From Oligoflexales bacterium (lineage in GTDB: Bacteria > Bdellovibrionota_B > Oligoflexia > Oligoflexales > CAIYRB01): a DNA stretch of 44,464 nucleotides. Every line of letters begins with the position of its first letter. Position 1 is the stretch's first letter. Both the position numbers and the translations under genes were made by a program. Shown here piece by piece: positions 19,352 to 29,072 of the stretch. The notes under the pieces were generated by a model. It saw nothing but the letters and a program-made list of their open reading frames with translations. It was not told where the DNA came from and ran no database searches. The stretch lies in assembly GCA_041736175.1 (NCBI GenBank), contig JBGSUI010000002.1, forward strand, positions 1 to 44,464, written 5' to 3'.

Positions 19352-20365
19352 TTACAGTGATTTAGCGGTCCGTAATCTGGTTTGGGTCTGCTGGAGGACA
19401 ATCGGCCAGAGGTTCTTGACCGCAGATTGTACTTGTAGGAGCGGGATTTCGGGCATGGTCCTTCCTTGAATATAGTGGTGGATCCCTGAATCCGGACACC
19501 ATGATCGACCGTCTGTGGGTCCGTGAAGTTGGAGCGAAGGAGTCTTGACTCCTACAGCTACATGACTCGGACCATTAGAGTTTCCTATAAATAAGTCACA
19601 GTTTTTAATCAGGGCGGCCATCTCACGAAAAGTTGTGGGCGGTGTTTTAAGGGTTTTCTGGTGGCAAAAGGCGAGACATTCATCGACGACCGACTCTTCC
19701 CCAGGTCCCCAGAGCCAGAGGACCTGAGCCTTCATGGTAAGAGTCAATTCATCAGCAAGGGCTGCATAGGCCCCTAGGGGCCAGCGCCGTTCCGTCCGGC
19801 GGTGGGTCGGGCTTAAAACCACTCGGGGGGTTTCAGGTCGGGGGATCGAGTTTAAAAAAGGTAGGGTTTTTTGGTCATCCGAAGGGCTCAAGGGAATGAT
19901 AGGCACAAGGTCGTCTAAGTCCCAGGGTAGTCTAGGGGAGGGGAGACCTAGATGGCTTAGGAGCTGGAGTTTCTCCTTTACGATATAGGCCGCAGAGGGG
20001 GCCCTCGGGGCAAGTCGGTTATAGGCCCAGCGGCGAGCAGACTGGAATCCAATCCGCACCTTTGCACCGGTCAGCCAGGTGAAGAGTGCACTCCGAGGAT
20101 TGTTCATAAAATCGATGACGTCTGTGAAATGTTCCTGTCTTAGGGATTTAATAAGTTGGAGTTGGCGGCCTAAAGGGTCGCCCTCGTTGTAGTAGAAAGT
20201 CTTTTTAATATAGGGATTTCCCTCTAGGACCAGGCGCCCCATAGAATGGCTTAAGAAAGAGATTTCGAGGGTGGGGTCTAGGTCGTGCAAGGCGCGGGTG
20301 ACGGGGGTTGTCAGCAGGATATCCCCAAGCTGTCTTAGCTGAACCAAAAGCACTTTACGCACCAC
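19352..20365 (-). CDS. Glycosyltransferase family 9 (LPS heptosyltransferase-like)
   Basis: LRQLGDILLTTP, RRWP and FIGNSNGPSHVAVG..TPSLQLHGPT. Confidence 0.9.
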   Translation of the reverse strand: MVRKVLLVQLRQLGDILLTTPVTRALHDLDPTLEISFLSHSMGRLVLEGNPYIKKTFYYNEGDPLGRQLQLIKSLRQEHFTDVIDFMNNPRSALFTWLTGAKVRIGFQSARRWAYNRLAPRAPSAAYIVKEKLQLLSHLGLPSPRLPWDLDDLVPIIPLSPSDDQKTLPFLNSIPRPETPRVVLSPTHRRTERRWPLGAYAALADELTLTMKAQVLWLWGPGEESVVDECLAFCHQKTLKTPPTTFREMAALIKNCDLFIGNSNGPSHVAVGVKTPSLQLHGPTDGRSWCPDSGIHHYIQGRTMPEIPLLQVQSAVKNLWPIVLQQTQTRLRTAKSL

Positions 20366-20449
20366 GTCCCACTCCTTGTAAAAGCTTACACTATATCTGC
20401 TTAACTCTCAGCGAATAAAGCGAAATCTTCCAAACTGGAGGACTGGGAC

Positions 20450-20476
20450 TCAAGCAGGACTGCTTTTAGTCGAAAA
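20450..20476 (+). promoter_or_regulatory. Sigma28/FliA-like promoter
   Basis: TCAA-N15-GTCGAAAA. Confidence 0.45.
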
Positions 20477-20551
20477 GAAGGATGTCGGGAAATGTGGCGA
20501 CCTTAACTACCTTGGTCATCTCCTAAATTTGAAAGCTTATTGAGGCTCCCA

Positions 20552-21793
20552 ATGGCAACACACAAGTTTATGATTGTAGAAGATAACGATGCGACTATGC
20601 TCTTTTTTACCATGATCCTTAAGGATTTAGAGATCACCAATGTGACCCAAGCCAGGACCTGTGACGAAGCCCTCGCGATGGCAAAGGAAACAATTCCAAA
20701 CTTTCTGGTGGTGTCATGGGAGCTTAAGACGATTCCAGGGACCTTGTTAGTCCAAAAACTGCGGACCCATATCAAAAAACGCCATCTTCCCTATATCCTC
20801 TATAGCAAACGACTTGCACCCGAAGACCTGGTCCTCGTGAAGGAAATGGGGTTAAAAAATGTTTTGAGTTTACCCATCGATAAGGCCAAAGCTATCGAAG
20901 AGATTAGGACGATGATCCAGGCTGAAGAAAGCTTGACGCCCGAAGAACTTATCCTAAGAAAAATTGAAGGGGCCATTCAAGATAACCGACCCTCTGAAGC
21001 TTTAAAATACTACGACAATAAACTCAGAAAAAAAGGCCCCCATTCTGTACGAGCCAACACTTATATGGGTGACATCTGGATGATGACCAACCAATTTAAA
21101 AAGGCCGAAGAAGCCTATAAGCTAGCCATAGCAGAGGATCCGGCGGCCTTTGACGCTCTCAATGGTCTAGCCAATGCCTACTCACGGCTAGAACAACATG
21201 ACGATGCCCTCAAAATCCTAACCGGTTTGTCCGAAAAATCTCCCAAAAATTTGACGACACTCATGAATTTAGGATCAACATACGCCCAAGCTGACCGCCT
21301 TGACGAAGCTAAAAAAACCCTGGCTAAGGTAAGTACCATCGATCCTGATATCCCAGGTCTTAAAGAGGAACAAGCAAAAATAGCCTTTAAAGAGGGCGAT
21401 CTTTCCCTCGCAGCTAAACTGATTGCGGAGACCCAGCAAGGAGATAGTCTTGCCCGGCATTTTAACAACCTAGCGATCTCTTACTCACACAAAAATCAGT
21501 TTGATAAAGCGGTCGAAGTTTATCAGAACGCCATCAAGATGCTCGTTAATAAAGCAAAGCTATACGCACTAAAGTATAATTTAGGACTGGCCTATGTGAA
21601 AAAGGGAAACCTTGCTCTCGGGTTTAAGGAGCTAGCAGAAAGCTATAAAGATGAACCTACTTTTGAAAAAGCGTATATGGCTCTCGCCAAATGCACCAAG
21701 GAAATGACTGAAAAAGGTATGACCCCTGACTCTAAAATCCTCAAAGAGATAAAAGAGATTAGGAGCAAACAACCTGAGGCCAAGGCCAGCTAG
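20552..21793 (+). CDS. Atypical (pseudo-)receiver domain plus TPR repeat protein
   Basis: MIVEDND receiver start, with Ser at the phospho-Asp position (FLVVSWEL). Several TPRs (ALNGLANAY, YNLGLAY). Confidence 0.85.
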   Translation: MATHKFMIVEDNDATMLFFTMILKDLEITNVTQARTCDEALAMAKETIPNFLVVSWELKTIPGTLLVQKLRTHIKKRHLPYILYSKRLAPEDLVLVKEMGLKNVLSLPIDKAKAIEEIRTMIQAEESLTPEELILRKIEGAIQDNRPSEALKYYDNKLRKKGPHSVRANTYMGDIWMMTNQFKKAEEAYKLAIAEDPAAFDALNGLANAYSRLEQHDDALKILTGLSEKSPKNLTTLMNLGSTYAQADRLDEAKKTLAKVSTIDPDIPGLKEEQAKIAFKEGDLSLAAKLIAETQQGDSLARHFNNLAISYSHKNQFDKAVEVYQNAIKMLVNKAKLYALKYNLGLAYVKKGNLALGFKELAESYKDEPTFEKAYMALAKCTKEMTEKGMTPDSKILKEIKEIRSKQPEAKAS

Positions 21794-21817
21794 TCGGTTT
21801 GGCTAAACGACCTCGGG

Positions 21818-22276
21818 CTATTGTGTGGGAAGGGTGCTGACTGGACTGCGCTCTTGGGTGAGGGCTTGTTTTTGGAGTTGGTCAAAATTAAGGGGTGCTA
21901 GCATCAGCGGTGCAAAGCCACCTTGGACGAGGCATTGGTCGATGGCTTGGCGCGCGTAGGGAAAAAGCGTTGCGGGACAAAATGTCTGGAGGGTCCGGTT
22001 GAGGTTGGGTTTGTCCATGCCACGAATCTCAAAAATACCGGCCTGTTCAATTTCTACAATAAAACCAACGGTTTCCTCATGGCGAGCCTCCGCGGTGAGC
22101 TTAAGGGTCACTTCCCAGAACTGTCCTTCCAGTGCCTGGGGGCGGACGCTGACATCGAGCTTGACTTCCGGTCGCCAGTCTTGGGTAAAGATCTTTGGTG
22201 CGGAGGGGGACTCAAAGGATAGGTCTTTCACGTAGATTCTGGCAATCCCTACTTGGGCCCCATTGGCTTCACTCAT
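21818..22276 (-). CDS. secB: Protein-export chaperone SecB
   Basis: RIYVKDLSFESP, EQAGIF and CPATLFPYAR...GGFAPLMLAPLNFD. Confidence 0.95.
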   Translation of the reverse strand: MSEANGAQVGIARIYVKDLSFESPSAPKIFTQDWRPEVKLDVSVRPQALEGQFWEVTLKLTAEARHEETVGFIVEIEQAGIFEIRGMDKPNLNRTLQTFCPATLFPYARQAIDQCLVQGGFAPLMLAPLNFDQLQKQALTQERSPVSTLPTQ

Positions 22277-22355
22277 GATCGACCTCGCACTTGGTTCGAA
22301 GTTCTAACACCACAACACACTCACATTGAGTCGTAAGGTAGAACATGAAATCTGC

Positions 22356-23849
22356 TCAGTCAAGCAGTCCTACGCTGGATGACTGGTTTACCGAGCCCTT
22401 TACGATCGAGTCAACAACGATCTTATTGAGGTCATCAGAGTAAATGTCTCGGCATTCGGGGACAAAATGTACAGATGGGACCAAGAGGTTTGGAAATTGC
22501 AGCCTGGATGGAATCGTGAGGTGATCGGTCACACCGCTTTTGCACTCGTTCAGAACCAAGGTTTTCCAGAGAATCTTTTGGTCTTTGGCTCGCTGAGCGA
22601 TTGGCTCCAAATAATCCACCTTACAACCCTTTATCGTCATGTTTTGGGCATTAGCATAAAGGCCAAAGAATTGGGGTGGTGTTCTGTCCATCTGGCTACC
22701 TTCTCGCATGCAGGTATGACTTATCGTCAAAATTTGCCGTGGCAGCGGTTCAAAAACGCCCACTATTTCCAAATCGTCTATGGGGGGCATGATCAGGTTC
22801 AACTCTCTTAGGACTGGCATTTTCTTAAGAAAGTTTAAATAGGTCTGCAGCTCTTTCGCTTTTATTTCCTTTCCAAATTGAATCGTCAGTTTTCTTGCAT
22901 AGGGAAAAGGCGACGGGAAATTCTCGGGCAGTGGGGTAAAAGGCCCGTTTGTCAGAATCTTGACCTCTTTGATATTGCTAAAGTATCCAAGAAACTTGAC
23001 ATTGGTGACCCCTGCATTTTCAAGCATTAGAGTCGAGGCTCGGTTTGCAGCTTCTGCGAAAACGCTTATATCTTTGGTATTATTCCAAAAATAACTTAAA
23101 ATCTTAATTTCCTCCAGTTGCTTGATTCGGTCAAGGAACCGGGACAAAGGGATTGATGGGGCATCCTTGAAATAAAAAGTTTTGACGTTTTCCCAGTCTT
23201 CTATGGAAGCTACTTGGGTGGTGGGGTAAGAATCTAAATTCAGATATTTTTGAGGATAATTGAGTTTTAATGTTGACCTAACATTATTAATGAATATGCG
23301 CCCCTGAAAATCAGCTTCCGTAAGAGGTATAGATGATGGTTTCTTAAGGGCTGCAATGATCCGTTGCCGATAACGTTCAAATCTGGAATTGCATGGATCC
23401 AGTTTTTTTTGGTCTTGGAACTCATTTGCCCAACGGTCCATCATTGACGGAATGTCTTGTCGATCATATCCAAGCACTGTCGAGCATTTCAAGTTAGTCC
23501 CACAGGGCTTTACATCGTCGTCGATAAGCTGGTTCAACAAAGCTTGAACCTGCCAACGTGGTATTCCTCCTAGCTCACCTATGGCAGTCAAGACATGCCT
23601 TTTTACGACTCCTTGCCTACTGATTTGGGTATCGCTACTTTTTACTTCATTTGAAATTTTGGTCCTGAGATCAATCACTTTTCGGTAAAAACTATTATAA
23701 TCGACCATTTGTGGGAGCTGTGTCTCATTATCAGTCTTGAGCTGACTTGTCTGCCCCTGCCTCTGCTGACATGATGCCAAAGAGCCGACCAACAAAAGAA
23801 ATAAGACCGAACCGAGGGCACACTGAGTTTGTGTATGTTTGATCACCAT
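22356..23849 (-). CDS. Lipoprotein with degenerate leucine-rich-repeat-like C-terminal half
   Basis: Lipobox LASC. LRR-like segments FSNIKEVKI, MPVLRELNL and WKTLVLNEC. ATG 23849 after AAAGGA. Confidence 0.6.
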   Translation of the reverse strand: MVIKHTQTQCALGSVLFLLLVGSLASCQQRQGQTSQLKTDNETQLPQMVDYNSFYRKVIDLRTKISNEVKSSDTQISRQGVVKRHVLTAIGELGGIPRWQVQALLNQLIDDDVKPCGTNLKCSTVLGYDRQDIPSMMDRWANEFQDQKKLDPCNSRFERYRQRIIAALKKPSSIPLTEADFQGRIFINNVRSTLKLNYPQKYLNLDSYPTTQVASIEDWENVKTFYFKDAPSIPLSRFLDRIKQLEEIKILSYFWNNTKDISVFAEAANRASTLMLENAGVTNVKFLGYFSNIKEVKILTNGPFTPLPENFPSPFPYARKLTIQFGKEIKAKELQTYLNFLKKMPVLRELNLIMPPIDDLEIVGVFEPLPRQILTISHTCMREGSQMDRTPPQFFGLYANAQNMTIKGCKVDYLEPIAQRAKDQKILWKTLVLNECKSGVTDHLTIPSRLQFPNLLVPSVHFVPECRDIYSDDLNKIVVDSIVKGSVNQSSSVGLLD

Positions 23850-24197
23850 TAAATCCTTTCGCGTTAGATTTGAACAAAGCTCCTCCACCACTACCTGCTT
23901 AGCAACGATCAGGGTGCGAGGCTTACATTAAGTTCAAATGTATAAGCAAAAAGTGTGCCTTTTTATGGAAGCAAAAAAACTTGAATCTGCCACCCAGAAC
24001 ATTAAAGCTTTAGTGATTAAATCATTATCTTTTTTTCTAGAAGCAGAATCTAAAGGTAAAATCCATTTTTTTAGCACGGTGCCTACGGGATGTATAATCG
24101 ATTGACACTTTTTTCCTTTACATGGCAATTTCAAAACAGCATTCGCCTACAATTTTTTCATCAAAAGAGCTGACGAAAGTACGGCAGCATCCAGGTC

Positions 24198-24836
24198 CTA
24201 AGCCCGCACGGGAGTATAAGTCACCACATGATTGTGGACCGTTGGGTTGCCAAAGTGCGTGTTCGTGGCGCTTCGTACCTGGATGGTTCTACCTTGGGCA
24301 AGTTGTGCCAGGTGTTCGGAGGTGATCGTCAACTTATGGTTGGAGCCCTCGCAAGTCGCCTCGATGGGTTGCCCAGCTTCGATCTGTGCCTTAGTCAATT
24401 GGGGGGCTCCCCGGGAGAAAAAACCTCTGTTGGGCTGAGCGCCTTGGACGAGGCTCGTAATTCTTGTTCCGTTGGTCCCGCCGGTTCCATTGATTCCTGA
24501 GCCTTCCGCAGCAGGTGCGGGCTGGTTGTTTGCTGTGGATGACGGACGAGTGGTGTCACCCCGTGCATCGCTACCTTTGTAACCTTGAGACGAAGCGTCC
24601 TCTTCAAGCGTGTCTGCGCCTGGTTCAAGGTCTTCGGAAAGGTCAGTTTTTTGTCCAGAGTTGCCCAGGCTTTGCCCCTCGGGATCCGTAGGGCCAGAGA
24701 CTTTGGTCTCTCCACATCCTGTGGACACCAGGGGGACAGCAGTCAAGATGGTTGACAGTCCCGCTAGCTTGGCAGGCCACTCGATCATTTGGGCCAGGAG
24801 AGTACGTCGAGAGAGAGTTTTTGCCTTGTTTTCCAT
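24198..24836 (-). CDS. Tat-exported lipoprotein with small His-rich C-terminal domain
   Basis: SRRTLL twin-Arg signal, lipobox STGC, then NHKLTITSEHL...THFGNPTVHNHVV. Confidence 0.7.
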   Translation of the reverse strand: MENKAKTLSRRTLLAQMIEWPAKLAGLSTILTAVPLVSTGCGETKVSGPTDPEGQSLGNSGQKTDLSEDLEPGADTLEEDASSQGYKGSDARGDTTRPSSTANNQPAPAAEGSGINGTGGTNGTRITSLVQGAQPNRGFFSRGAPQLTKAQIEAGQPIEATCEGSNHKLTITSEHLAQLAQGRTIQVRSATNTHFGNPTVHNHVVTYTPVRA

Positions 24837-24895
24837 GGATTTCCTTCCATTAAGTGTCACAAGTCACTAAGGAACCTAGGTGTCAAAAGAATAAT

Positions 24896-24912
24896 TGCAA
24901 GTTAGAGGCCAA
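24896..24912 (-). promoter_or_regulatory. Sigma54-like -24/-12 promoter
   Basis: TTGGCCTCTAACTTGCA (GG-N10-GC), about 60 nt upstream of ATG 24836. Confidence 0.6.
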
Positions 24913-25215
24913 AGCACTACCAAATTTAAACTAGTTTAATGTGCCAATAACACTGGAATAATGGTTGCCCATCCTTTTGACAGTTCTGCAAGATAGGATT
25001 TTTGGCTATTCTTAAGGCATGTTTGCAAAAATCTTGGCCACCTAACAGGAGAATCAATTGATATAAAGTAGGATCTTTACCTACTCCTTATGCAAAGATT
25101 TAGATAAATCGTTGCCTTTTGCTTATTGAATCCTTTAAAGTCTGCTCGGAGCTTTCGTGAGGATCCATTTGAATCCTGTCATACTTTCATACCGTCATAG
25201 GGTAAGGAGACTTCG

Positions 25216-25563
25216 ATGATGTTACCTAAGAAATCATTAAAGAGAATTCTGCTTTCGGCCATGGTGTTATCAGGAACTACGGCATTCGGTGACACGAACG
25301 TTGTAGCTGCTGGTTACCAGGAAGTCCTAAACCAAGTGTTAGGGCCTTCCTGTGTGGGCTGCCATGGCCCAAGGCGGGCGAGTAAGGGAGTTCGTCTGGA
25401 CTCCTACGAAGCAGTCCAAGCCTATATCACTCCTGGAAACGCAGCATCGAGCCTTCTGGTTCAACTGATTGAATCCGGTACGATGCCACCCAATGGACAA
25501 CCGATTTCTGCGGAAAATTTGGAACTACTCAAGGGCTGGATCGAAGGCGGAGCCGCTCAGTGA
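25216..25563 (+). CDS. Small monoheme cytochrome c (planctomycete cytochrome C-like)
   Basis: Signal peptide, CVGCHG, GVRLDSY, PGNAASSLL, MPP and WIEGGA. Confidence 0.85.
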   Translation: MMLPKKSLKRILLSAMVLSGTTAFGDTNVVAAGYQEVLNQVLGPSCVGCHGPRRASKGVRLDSYEAVQAYITPGNAASSLLVQLIESGTMPPNGQPISAENLELLKGWIEGGAAQ

Positions 25564-25775
25564 CCCACTAGTTAATTTTAGTTTTGAGCCTCCAAAGCGA
25601 CCTTGTTGACCCCTTCGTTGGAGATCTAACCCCTTAAAAATGATCAATCTCATAAAAAAAACTTTATGAATTTAATTTGCCACCGAACGTTTTTATGTCA
25701 GCCTAACCTGACCCCCCTTCGGGGCTCCATCCGTGGAGTCAGAAGGTAAGGGCCCTTCATAGCTAAAATGCGTTT

Positions 25776-27323
25776 TTAGGGTGCGTTTTTAGGTGTTTCG
25801 ATATATTCCAGCCGAAGTCTCGTTGAGGAGTAATTTTGGGGTTCACGATCTAAGGTGCCACGGATTACGATTTGCAATTTCACGGTACTACCCAACACCC
25901 AGCCGGCTTTTCTCAGCTGTTCCAGGGGCTGGGTAAGGTCGAAGCTAGCGTTGATGACATGATCCCCGTGGTCGTGGCCAAAAAATCCCAGACGACCGAT
26001 AAAATACGGTGACTGGGACTGGCGGATCGCTGGTGGAGTGAGGTTTGGGTGATCGATATAAAACTCGAGCATGGCCCGTTTGTTGTTAGGTGGCGACATG
26101 CCAATCGCCTGGAAGGAAAGGGTGGCCTCTCGGTAGTCTTTTCCTTCGAAACGTTTGATCATCTCGACGACCTTTGAAGACTTGGGGTCTTTAAGGGGTA
26201 CTTCAAACGTGATGATGTTTTTAAGAATTTTTGGGACCAGACCCACCGTCTCTGCTTCTAAGATCACCCGGACATCTGAGGCTACGGGGGAGCTGGCTTG
26301 GGAAGCTCGCGGCTGAACCTTAGACGCTGTCGTATCATATTGGTAGTTGAGTAGGTCCGTGCTTAAAACCTGTTGGATAGGCTTTTCAAAGACCACCGTA
26401 TAGGTTCCCGACGATTGAAACATATTATTGGGATTAGTTTGGTAAAAAAGTCCCAAGAGATTAAAATATAACCAGAAATTGCGTTCATTTTTATTAGTAG
26501 GCAAAATCCTGGTGGGATTTTCTAAACACCACTCTGTCCAGATACGGTCGATATTGGCGTGGTGGAGGTAAAAAATAGGATCCAAGGGCGACATCATCGA
26601 GTTCATATCGCCGCCCACATAAACATGGGTCAAATTATGGGGGCTACTCTCTAGGGCGCCGCCGACGGCTCCGTCTGGACCACCCGTGCCCGTCTGGCGC
26701 TGGGCGATGAGGACGTCCCGCGGCCTCACGGCAGGCTTGGGGGTAACCCGCCCTAGATAATTTAGAAAGGTGGTGCTTTTTTGGATCTTGCTTACGTTTT
26801 CGGAGCTCCAAATATCTTCTTCATCAGCTTGGTAGTGGCGCAGGAGTTGGACCATGGACTCTTCAGGTTTGGTGATGTCGCGATTGGGGTGAAACAGGGG
26901 GCTTTGGGGGTTGAGGAGGGCAGGGTGAATCCCAGTGCTTTGGCACCAGTCCCAGTAGGGAATGCTAAAGGGTTTGCCAAGGATTTGGCTGCATACGGTT
27001 TCGAAATCGTGAAGGTAGAGCCGATGCCAAGGGAAAAAGAAGGAGTTGCCATGGGGACAGGAATCTCGGTGGATCCCCGCCAGGTTGGTCCAATGGCGAG
27101 GGTCGCTTGGGGGGAGAGCTTTAAGTTTTTCCACGGCAGATGCATAATCGCTTAAGGTCGGATCATCCGAAGCTAGTTTCCAAAGGTTGCGCCGTATCCG
27201 TTTTTCGCCGCCGTAGTTTGCAAGCCGTGACTGGTTTTCTTTGGTGGTTTGACATCCAATGAGGGGTAGGAACCCAATTCCGCCAGCTTGGAATATAAAA
27301 TGCCTTCTGTTTATAGAGGTCAT
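25776..27323 (-). CDS. Tat-exported tyrosinase / polyphenol oxidase (type-3 copper), probable lipoprotein
   Basis: NRRHF Tat signal and LIGC. CuA site H..SCPHGNSFFFPWHR. CuB site HNLTH...DPIFYLHHANIDRIW. Confidence 0.92.
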   Translation of the reverse strand: MTSINRRHFIFQAGGIGFLPLIGCQTTKENQSRLANYGGEKRIRRNLWKLASDDPTLSDYASAVEKLKALPPSDPRHWTNLAGIHRDSCPHGNSFFFPWHRLYLHDFETVCSQILGKPFSIPYWDWCQSTGIHPALLNPQSPLFHPNRDITKPEESMVQLLRHYQADEEDIWSSENVSKIQKSTTFLNYLGRVTPKPAVRPRDVLIAQRQTGTGGPDGAVGGALESSPHNLTHVYVGGDMNSMMSPLDPIFYLHHANIDRIWTEWCLENPTRILPTNKNERNFWLYFNLLGLFYQTNPNNMFQSSGTYTVVFEKPIQQVLSTDLLNYQYDTTASKVQPRASQASSPVASDVRVILEAETVGLVPKILKNIITFEVPLKDPKSSKVVEMIKRFEGKDYREATLSFQAIGMSPPNNKRAMLEFYIDHPNLTPPAIRQSQSPYFIGRLGFFGHDHGDHVINASFDLTQPLEQLRKAGWVLGSTVKLQIVIRGTLDREPQNYSSTRLRLEYIETPKNAP

Positions 27324-27440
27324 GGTAGGTCCTTAGGTGTTTCAGTTGTTTGGTTTCTTTAGTTTACTAGATCTTGGATGATCTATAAACGAATCGCCCC
27401 AATCCTGTGACACACCTAAAGTCCACCTGTGATCAAAGCC

Positions 27441-28985
27441 CTAGAGGTTTTTCTGGCTCAGGCTTTGGTATTTCTTGGTGAGATAATCACAATAAGGTTT
27501 GACAGTCAGTGTCGTGCCGGTAGCTTGGATCATGGTTTGGTCTGGGGTCCACTTGCGACCAAACCGGTAGAGATTGTCCCGGAGCCAGTCATGGAGAGGC
27601 GCAAAGTCACCCTGAGCTATGGATTGCGGTATTTTGGGGATTTTTTTAAGGGCGGCTGCGTAGATTTGGGCAGAAAAGACGTTGCCAATGGTGTACCCCT
27701 GGAACCCCCCGCCGATCATTCCGCAAAACCAATGGACATCTTGCATGACGCCTTCGCCCCCGTGGCGCGGGAGGAGTCCTAAGTCTTCCTGGTAGCGGTG
27801 GTTCCAAGCATCAGGAAGGTCGTCGATCGCCAGCTTGCCTTCGAGGAGGGCGCACTCTAGGTCAAAGCGAATCATCACGTGGAGATTATAGGTGACCTCA
27901 TCGGCATCGACCCGGATCAGGGATTTCTGGACCCGGTTCATCGCCTTGACAAAGGTTTCAAGGGAGACCTGACCAAAATGTTCAGGAAACGTGCTGACCA
28001 CCTGAGGGTAAAAATGCTGCCAAAAGCCTTCGCTCCGACCGACGATGTTTTCCCAAAGGCGCGACTGGCTTTCGTGGATACCCGAAGACACCCCGTGACC
28101 GAGGGGCGTCCCGTAGAAGCTGGGACTAATCCCCTGCTCGTACATCCCATGGCCGCACTCGTGGATGGTCGATGAAATGCTTTCGCCCAGATATTTTTGG
28201 TCATAGCGGGTGGTGATTCTTACGTCGCCCAAAGCAATATTTGTCGCAAAGGGATGGTGAGTGGTATCGATCCGCCCCCCGCTAAAGTCATAGCCGATCG
28301 CCTTTGCTAAGGCAAGATTCAGCGACTTTTGCTGGTCGATAGGGAAATGACCACGCAAGCAGTGGTCGTCTACCGGAAAGTTTTCCATCACTTTCTTCGC
28401 AAAAGGGACTAAAAATTCCCGTAATTCCCCGAACAAAGCTTTGATGGTTTGAGTTTTTTGGCCGTAATCGTTAAGGCTAATCAGCGGGTCCATCGGATGT
28501 TGTGGCAGGGAGTCCTGAGTTTTAGTTCCGGGCCCCTCAAGATAAAGTGCGACATAACGTTTGCTGTAGTCTAGGGATTTTTGGAGCAGGGACTTAACAC
28601 TGGACCAATCTCCTGTGGGTTTAGCTTTGACCCAAGTGTTATAAGTCTTGGCGAAATGGGCCATCATCTCGGCCTTAAATTGGGGACTCAGGAGCCTTTC
28701 CCGCTCATAATCCCGACGCACCACATCGAGAAGGCAACGGTCGTCGTCGTTTGGATCCAGGGTTTGGCGGTGGTTTTCCAGACGGTCCAGGAGGTGCCCC
28801 ACCTCTGGATCGGTGAATTTTTCCTGGAGGATTTTACCGATCACAGCGAGTTGGTCCCCTCTTGCGGGTGAGCCATTGTTGGGACAGTAGGTGGCTTGGT
28901 CCCAGTCTAAGAGGGCCTGGACCGATGTGAGATGGCTGATTTCAAGAAGCCGCTTTTTGAGCTCCTCAAGGTCGCGATGTGTCAT
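27441..28985 (-). CDS. Carboxypeptidase family M32 (Taq-type)
   Basis: HPF, DVRITTRY, IHECGHGMYEQG, HESQSRLWEN, IRVDADE and QDVHW. Confidence 0.95.
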   Translation of the reverse strand: MTHRDLEELKKRLLEISHLTSVQALLDWDQATYCPNNGSPARGDQLAVIGKILQEKFTDPEVGHLLDRLENHRQTLDPNDDDRCLLDVVRRDYERERLLSPQFKAEMMAHFAKTYNTWVKAKPTGDWSSVKSLLQKSLDYSKRYVALYLEGPGTKTQDSLPQHPMDPLISLNDYGQKTQTIKALFGELREFLVPFAKKVMENFPVDDHCLRGHFPIDQQKSLNLALAKAIGYDFSGGRIDTTHHPFATNIALGDVRITTRYDQKYLGESISSTIHECGHGMYEQGISPSFYGTPLGHGVSSGIHESQSRLWENIVGRSEGFWQHFYPQVVSTFPEHFGQVSLETFVKAMNRVQKSLIRVDADEVTYNLHVMIRFDLECALLEGKLAIDDLPDAWNHRYQEDLGLLPRHGGEGVMQDVHWFCGMIGGGFQGYTIGNVFSAQIYAAALKKIPKIPQSIAQGDFAPLHDWLRDNLYRFGRKWTPDQTMIQATGTTLTVKPYCDYLTKKYQSLSQKNL

Positions 28986-29072
28986 TTGTGCCCCTTCTAG
29001 TATCGTCGGATTTTGTCCCGTGGACTTGGTTTATCACTGGGGTGAGTGAAGCGCAACGGACATCGGCCCAAT

